The notes below the pieces were generated by a model. That model was given only the letters and a program-made list of their open reading frames with translations. It was not told the origin of the DNA and made no database searches. 46,718 bases of DNA. Source: Minisyncoccia bacterium (GTDB lineage: Bacteria > Patescibacteriota > Minisyncoccia > Phycocordibacterales > Phycocordibacteraceae). The translations under genes were made by a program, and so were the position numbers. Below are positions 43,124 through 46,718 of this stretch, one piece after another; positions within the stretch are counted from its first letter, which is position 1, and each line of letters starts with the position of its first letter. The DNA is taken from positions 1 through 46,718 of the forward strand of contig JBGPJZ010000004.1 of the NCBI GenBank assembly GCA_041485695.1, written 5' to 3'.

Positions 43124-43990
43124 TTACTCTATAGGTGAATCGGGTGGCGGATCCGTGGGCGGAGTATCTGCAGGCGGCGGGTCTGGCGGCGGCTCGACTA
43201 CCGTTTCGTCAGTTGTTGTGCCGGTGTCGCCCGCAGTCGTATCGGTAGTTGTTGCATCAACGATCGGTGCATCGGGCGTGATAATCAAATCTTCGGCAGG
43301 CGGTGGCGGTGTAGTGGAAGATGCTGGTGGTGGCGGGGGAAGTTGAGGAGGGTCGGCGACGAGATTCAGCACGACATGTTCAGTGTCGTGATACTCCGTT
43401 TCCACGGCGCCTCCTTCCTGATAGCCCTGATAGGTGAGGTCGAGATTGCATTTCATCCCGTCCACCACGCTCGGTGAAGGGCTCGGGAGCGTCAAGGTAA
43501 GCGACCATGGCGTGAGGTCGTTAGTGTCGCCGGTAGCGAGTGCAGAAGCGGAGCCGTTATAAGCAAGCGGTGCGGCCCCTGAAGCAGTGATGGCAGAACA
43601 AAATGCCGCATCGCCCGAGGTCACAGCAGAAACTTTGTATCGAAATGGCAGAGAGCCCGCAATAGGGGTGACGGTGAGCGTGAATGTCTCGCCAGCCTGC
43701 CCGAGTACGAGGGTCGCTCCCGGCGGAACCACCGAAACGGTGAAGTCGAGGGGCCCCGCGGCGAAGGTGTCGCCGGTCGACTGTTCGAGGTCGCTGAAGT
43801 ATGCGCCCGTCGAACTCCCAGTGAGCAAGGCCGGTACGGCGATGATGGCGAGCAGCGCAGCCGCGACAGTCGACGCACGATACGTCCTTCTGCGCATCGG
43901 GAGAGAAACGGCCACGCGATGCGGCACGAACATATCGGCCATCGGGCTCGTTCGGGCATACGCCGTCGTCATGAAGGGCGCATTCCTCAT
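43124..43990 (-). CDS. SipW-dependent-type secreted protein (TasA/TapA-like) with Pro/Thr/Asp-rich tail
   Basis: Hydrophobic helix followed by TGAYFSD.E.S.GDTF.AG.LDF, the SipW-class signal motif; alternative start at 43897. Confidence 0.8.
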   Translation of the reverse strand: MRNAPFMTTAYARTSPMADMFVPHRVAVSLPMRRRTYRASTVAAALLAIIAVPALLTGSSTGAYFSDLEQSTGDTFAAGPLDFTVSVVPPGATLVLGQAGETFTLTVTPIAGSLPFRYKVSAVTSGDAAFCSAITASGAAPLAYNGSASALATGDTNDLTPWSLTLTLPSPSPSVVDGMKCNLDLTYQGYQEGGAVETEYHDTEHVVLNLVADPPQLPPPPPASSTTPPPPAEDLIITPDAPIVDATTTDTTAGDTGTTTDETVVEPPPDPPPADTPPTDPPPDSPIE

Positions 43991-44658
43991 GGCGAGAATC
44001 GGGGCCCTCTCATCGGCGCTTCGATATCAAAATGAAGCAGAGAGATGCGAGTCCGTGGCGGCGTAGGCGGCGCCTCGCGCTTCGTGCGCGGGTCGTTCAG
44101 GTCATCGACAGTCCGCTCAGCTATCCGCGCGAGCGCGCCCTCGGCCTTTTTGCGTCGCTTACGCATCGCGACCTCCTTATAGATGCCGATCGCTTCGTAG
44201 AGGATGATGAGCGCGGCAGGGATGGCGACGAGGAGGGCGAAGCCGAGCCTCGTCTTCGCGAATGCGAAGATGTAGCCCACGTACGGGAGGGAGAAGATGA
44301 TGCGTCCGATGACCTTGTTCGCCGGCGTCTCGCCAGGGTCTGCGGCGTTATTCGCGTCGCCCTTGGTGGTGTAGTAGGTCGTTCCGCCCTCGCTCCGAGT
44401 GGAGACGATGCGGTGCGAGGTCGGTATCGAGGTGGCCGTATCCTTCCCAAATGTAATCACGTCGCCGACCTTGTAACTAGCGGACGGTTGTATGAGGACC
44501 ACGCTCCCCGTCGGTATCGCGGGCTCCATTGAGCCGGAGCGCACTATCTTCAGCTCAAACGGGTTCAAGAGCCCGAAGCGCGGCGCAAGGAAGAACGCGA
44601 CCGCGCCGAAGATGACGAGGACGAGGAGCGTATTCAGCGCGACGTTGATGATTTTCAT
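43987..44658 (-). CDS. sipW: SipW-type (S26B, Ser/His) signal peptidase I
   Basis: SGSMEP.IPTG, GDVITF, SHRIV, TKGDANN.AD, PYVGY. Confidence 0.9.
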   Translation of the reverse strand: MKIINVALNTLLVLVIFGAVAFFLAPRFGLLNPFELKIVRSGSMEPAIPTGSVVLIQPSASYKVGDVITFGKDTATSIPTSHRIVSTRSEGGTTYYTTKGDANNAADPGETPANKVIGRIIFSLPYVGYIFAFAKTRLGFALLVAIPAALIILYEAIGIYKEVAMRKRRKKAEGALARIAERTVDDLNDPRTKREAPPTPPRTRISLLHFDIEAPMRGPRFSP

Positions 44659-45542
44659 GAGTTATGGCCGGGCGCGGTATCGGAGCCGCCCGGGCTCCCC
44701 GGCCCGGTGCCGGAGGCGTCATTCCCCTCGTTCCCGATGCCCGGCGGCGGCGGCTCCACGCCGTTGCCTACCCCGTTGTTGCCATGCTGTGTAATCGAAG
44801 TGTCGCTACAGACGAATGACGAATTAAGCGAGGCCGCTTCAGCGCGGATACGCACATCGACCATGAACGAATCGGTCTGCGCGGCGTTCCCCAGTACGCT
44901 CCCGTCGCAGGTGTGGGCGCCGGTGTGCGTGTTGAAGACAAAATTTCCCGCGCACCAGCACATGCCGACATATGTGGTCTTGTCATGAATGATGGCGCTC
45001 CCGTGCGCAGCATCGGCGACCGCGTAGGTCGTGCTGCCAAAAAGATTGTTGGCTGAATTGGGGCCGAAGAGGATCATTTCTTTCGGCGGTTCGAACTTTC
45101 CATCCCCGTCGTCGAACCAGCCGAAGAATTTGAGCGCCGCCCCGAGCTCGCCGGAGACGTTCCCGTTCGGGTCGACGAGCGCCTCCGGTTCGGTCTGGCC
45201 GTTGTCGTTGTTGGTGGGGTTCGTGAAGTCGAGGCAGGCCCACGCATCGTTATTCTGCGGGTGGATGCTGATGACCTCACAGCCCGAGTCGCCGGGCTTT
45301 ATGTCGCCGAAGTTAAAGAACTTGTCGACGCCCGGCACGAGGTCCTTCAATGACCACGTCGCCGAGGGCACGATGGCGCCGTTGTACCAGCCCTTGCTGT
45401 CTATTTTAAGATTGAGCCCCTTAGTGCTGAAGGTCGCGCCCGCCGCCGTCTCGCCGGGTGCGAGCATCCCCACCGCGCCGACGAACAGCACCGCCCCGAG
45501 GAGGACGGTGAGTCGTGGGAGGATGGTGCGTGTCGCGTTCAT
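44655..45542 (-). CDS. TasA-like secreted protein, paralog of the upstream gene
   Basis: Signal peptide; FNFGDIKPGDSG....SIH..NNDAWAC; WC.G; CDG..LGN..QTD; Gly/Asn/Pro tail. Confidence 0.7.
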   Translation of the reverse strand: MNATRTILPRLTVLLGAVLFVGAVGMLAPGETAAGATFSTKGLNLKIDSKGWYNGAIVPSATWSLKDLVPGVDKFFNFGDIKPGDSGCEVISIHPQNNDAWACLDFTNPTNNDNGQTEPEALVDPNGNVSGELGAALKFFGWFDDGDGKFEPPKEMILFGPNSANNLFGSTTYAVADAAHGSAIIHDKTTYVGMCWCAGNFVFNTHTGAHTCDGSVLGNAAQTDSFMVDVRIRAEAASLNSSFVCSDTSITQHGNNGVGNGVEPPPPGIGNEGNDASGTGPGSPGGSDTAPGHNS

Positions 45543-45564
45543 GATGTGATGTCAATCACGCATA

Positions 45565-46718
45565 TCAGTCACTATGATTCGTAATCGTGCAGGTTATCGC
45601 CTCGCCCTCATCGAGAGTCGCAGTGCCGCCGAGGATCGTCGGGCATTTCGCGCTACCCGTGATGGAGACGAAGTGATAGCCGGATTTCGGATCCTCCGTA
45701 ATCGTTGCCGGTGCATTCGAGTTGACGGCAATCGACGTGGTGTTCGGGACTAAGATGCCGTTCACCCGCATCTTGAATGAGGTCGGGCCCGAAGTACCGC
45801 CAATCACGTTCTTGATGAGGGTGATATTGCCCGGCAAGTCATTGTTCGTGATGGTGCAGGTCTTATTGTCGCCAACATTGAGCGTCAAATTTCCTTCACT
45901 GTCGCAGTCGCCGCTAAAGGAGGCGACGTATCCCGAGACACCTGTCTCGCTCACGCTGTAACTGCCAGGTACGACGGTCGTTGTAACGCCCGAGGTGACT
46001 GGCGTGGTGACGTTTCCGTCATCCGCAAAGAGTTGGAAATCAGAAACAATGTTATCTCCTCCATTGTCATTCGTGACGTGCTTGATGACCGTGATCTTCG
46101 CGGTGCGCGTGTCGGTGCCGCCGCAGGAGAAGTCGGGGTTGTGGCGAGCTTGGACGACGCGGAAGGCGAGGTCGAGCGTCGTGCCGTCGGTCTGCGTCAG
46201 GTTCCCGAGCGCAGTGCCGTCGCAGGTGACGCCGGTGCCGCGCACTTGCGGGCCGTTCGAACCGGTTTTACCAAAGTCGTCTTGCGCGACGGGGTTCGGA
46301 GTCAAGGTGCCGAAGCACCATGCCTTGCCGATGTAGACATCCGTACCGCCCGTGATAGGGCCGGGAGCATTCGGATTCCACACATTGTGCGTCGAGTCCG
46401 CGAGCGCGACGGAGAAGGGCGTCGAGGTTGCGAGGTTGTAGAGAGTCTGGACGCCGTTTGAGAGCGCGCCCTCGCCCTGCTCGTAGACATTGTCGCCATC
46501 GTCCGCCCACCAGAACATCTGGATGTTCTGCGCGAGCTCGCCGTCCCACGTATTGTTTACGTCTTCAGGGTTATCTCCGGTCGCGAGCTCGGGCTCGGTG
46601 GAGGATTTATCGTCGTTACTCGTGAGCGCCATATCCATGCAGGCGTACGCGTCGTTATTGTTCACGTGGAGAGAGATAGTGTCCTCGCCCTGGTCGTTCG
46701 GCTTCAAGTCGTTGAAAT
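45565..46718 (-). CDS. TasA-like protein with two C-terminal CnaB/prealbumin-like domains (5' end outside window)
   Basis: Frame is open to the window edge (FNDLKPNDQGEDTISLHVNNNDAYAC); repeats ITVIK...CTITN and ITLIK...CTITN. Confidence 0.75.
   Translation of the reverse strand, partial: FNDLKPNDQGEDTISLHVNNNDAYACMDMALTSNDDKSSTEPELATGDNPEDVNNTWDGELAQNIQMFWWADDGDNVYEQGEGALSNGVQTLYNLATSTPFSVALADSTHNVWNPNAPGPITGGTDVYIGKAWCFGTLTPNPVAQDDFGKTGSNGPQVRGTGVTCDGTALGNLTQTDGTTLDLAFRVVQARHNPDFSCGGTDTRTAKITVIKHVTNDNGGDNIVSDFQLFADDGNVTTPVTSGVTTTVVPGSYSVSETGVSGYVASFSGDCDSEGNLTLNVGDNKTCTITNNDLPGNITLIKNVIGGTSGPTSFKMRVNGILVPNTTSIAVNSNAPATITEDPKSGYHFVSITGSAKCPTILGGTATLDEGEAITCTITNHSD

Noticed and set aside
1-46718. 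CRISPR array, reverse transcriptase/DGR, rRNA or transposase
   Set aside because: No regularly spaced repeats, RT motifs, rRNA-like tracts or DDE/HUH ORFs were seen
1-46718. Alternative genetic code (UGA read-through)
   Set aside because: Conserved genes are full length under the standard code, and dnaA, yebC and uvrD end in TGA at plausible positions

Overview
This is a gene-dense, GC-rich window (standard code) from a small-genome bacterium. Gene content and shortened protein forms point to Patescibacteria/CPR, Parcubacteria-like (inference). It appears to span the replication-origin region (dnaN-dnaA divergent from rpmH-rnpA-yidC). It also carries polA, holA-like, tsaE, a PilB/GspE ATPase, a four-gene surface glycosylation cluster, ruvB-yebC-ruvC, a class A PBP, a ~12 kb minus-strand T4SS-like cluster (pilin, VirB4-like ATPase, PrgI, VirB6-like, secreted proteins), rsmA, uvrD/pcrA, a LysM-M23 peptidase, a ComM/YifB ATPase, a DksA/TraR protein, an NYN protein, rpsO, a XerC/D recombinase and a SipW plus TasA-like fibre cluster cut by the right edge. 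A tRNA-Lys(UUU) borders an accessory segment at the left edge that is bracketed by inverted repeats. The most notable non-obvious signals are: (1) a ~180-nt promoter- and hairpin-bounded structured RNA with a built-in alternative pairing upstream of ruvB; (2) GC-rich palindromes apparently inserted in frame in uvrD and comM; (3) pervasive leaderless-type starts on core genes versus SD-led accessory genes; (4) two micro-ORFs below the ORF-track cutoff; (5) a SipW/TasA-like system with CnaB-like domains. All calls are by eye; no searches were run.
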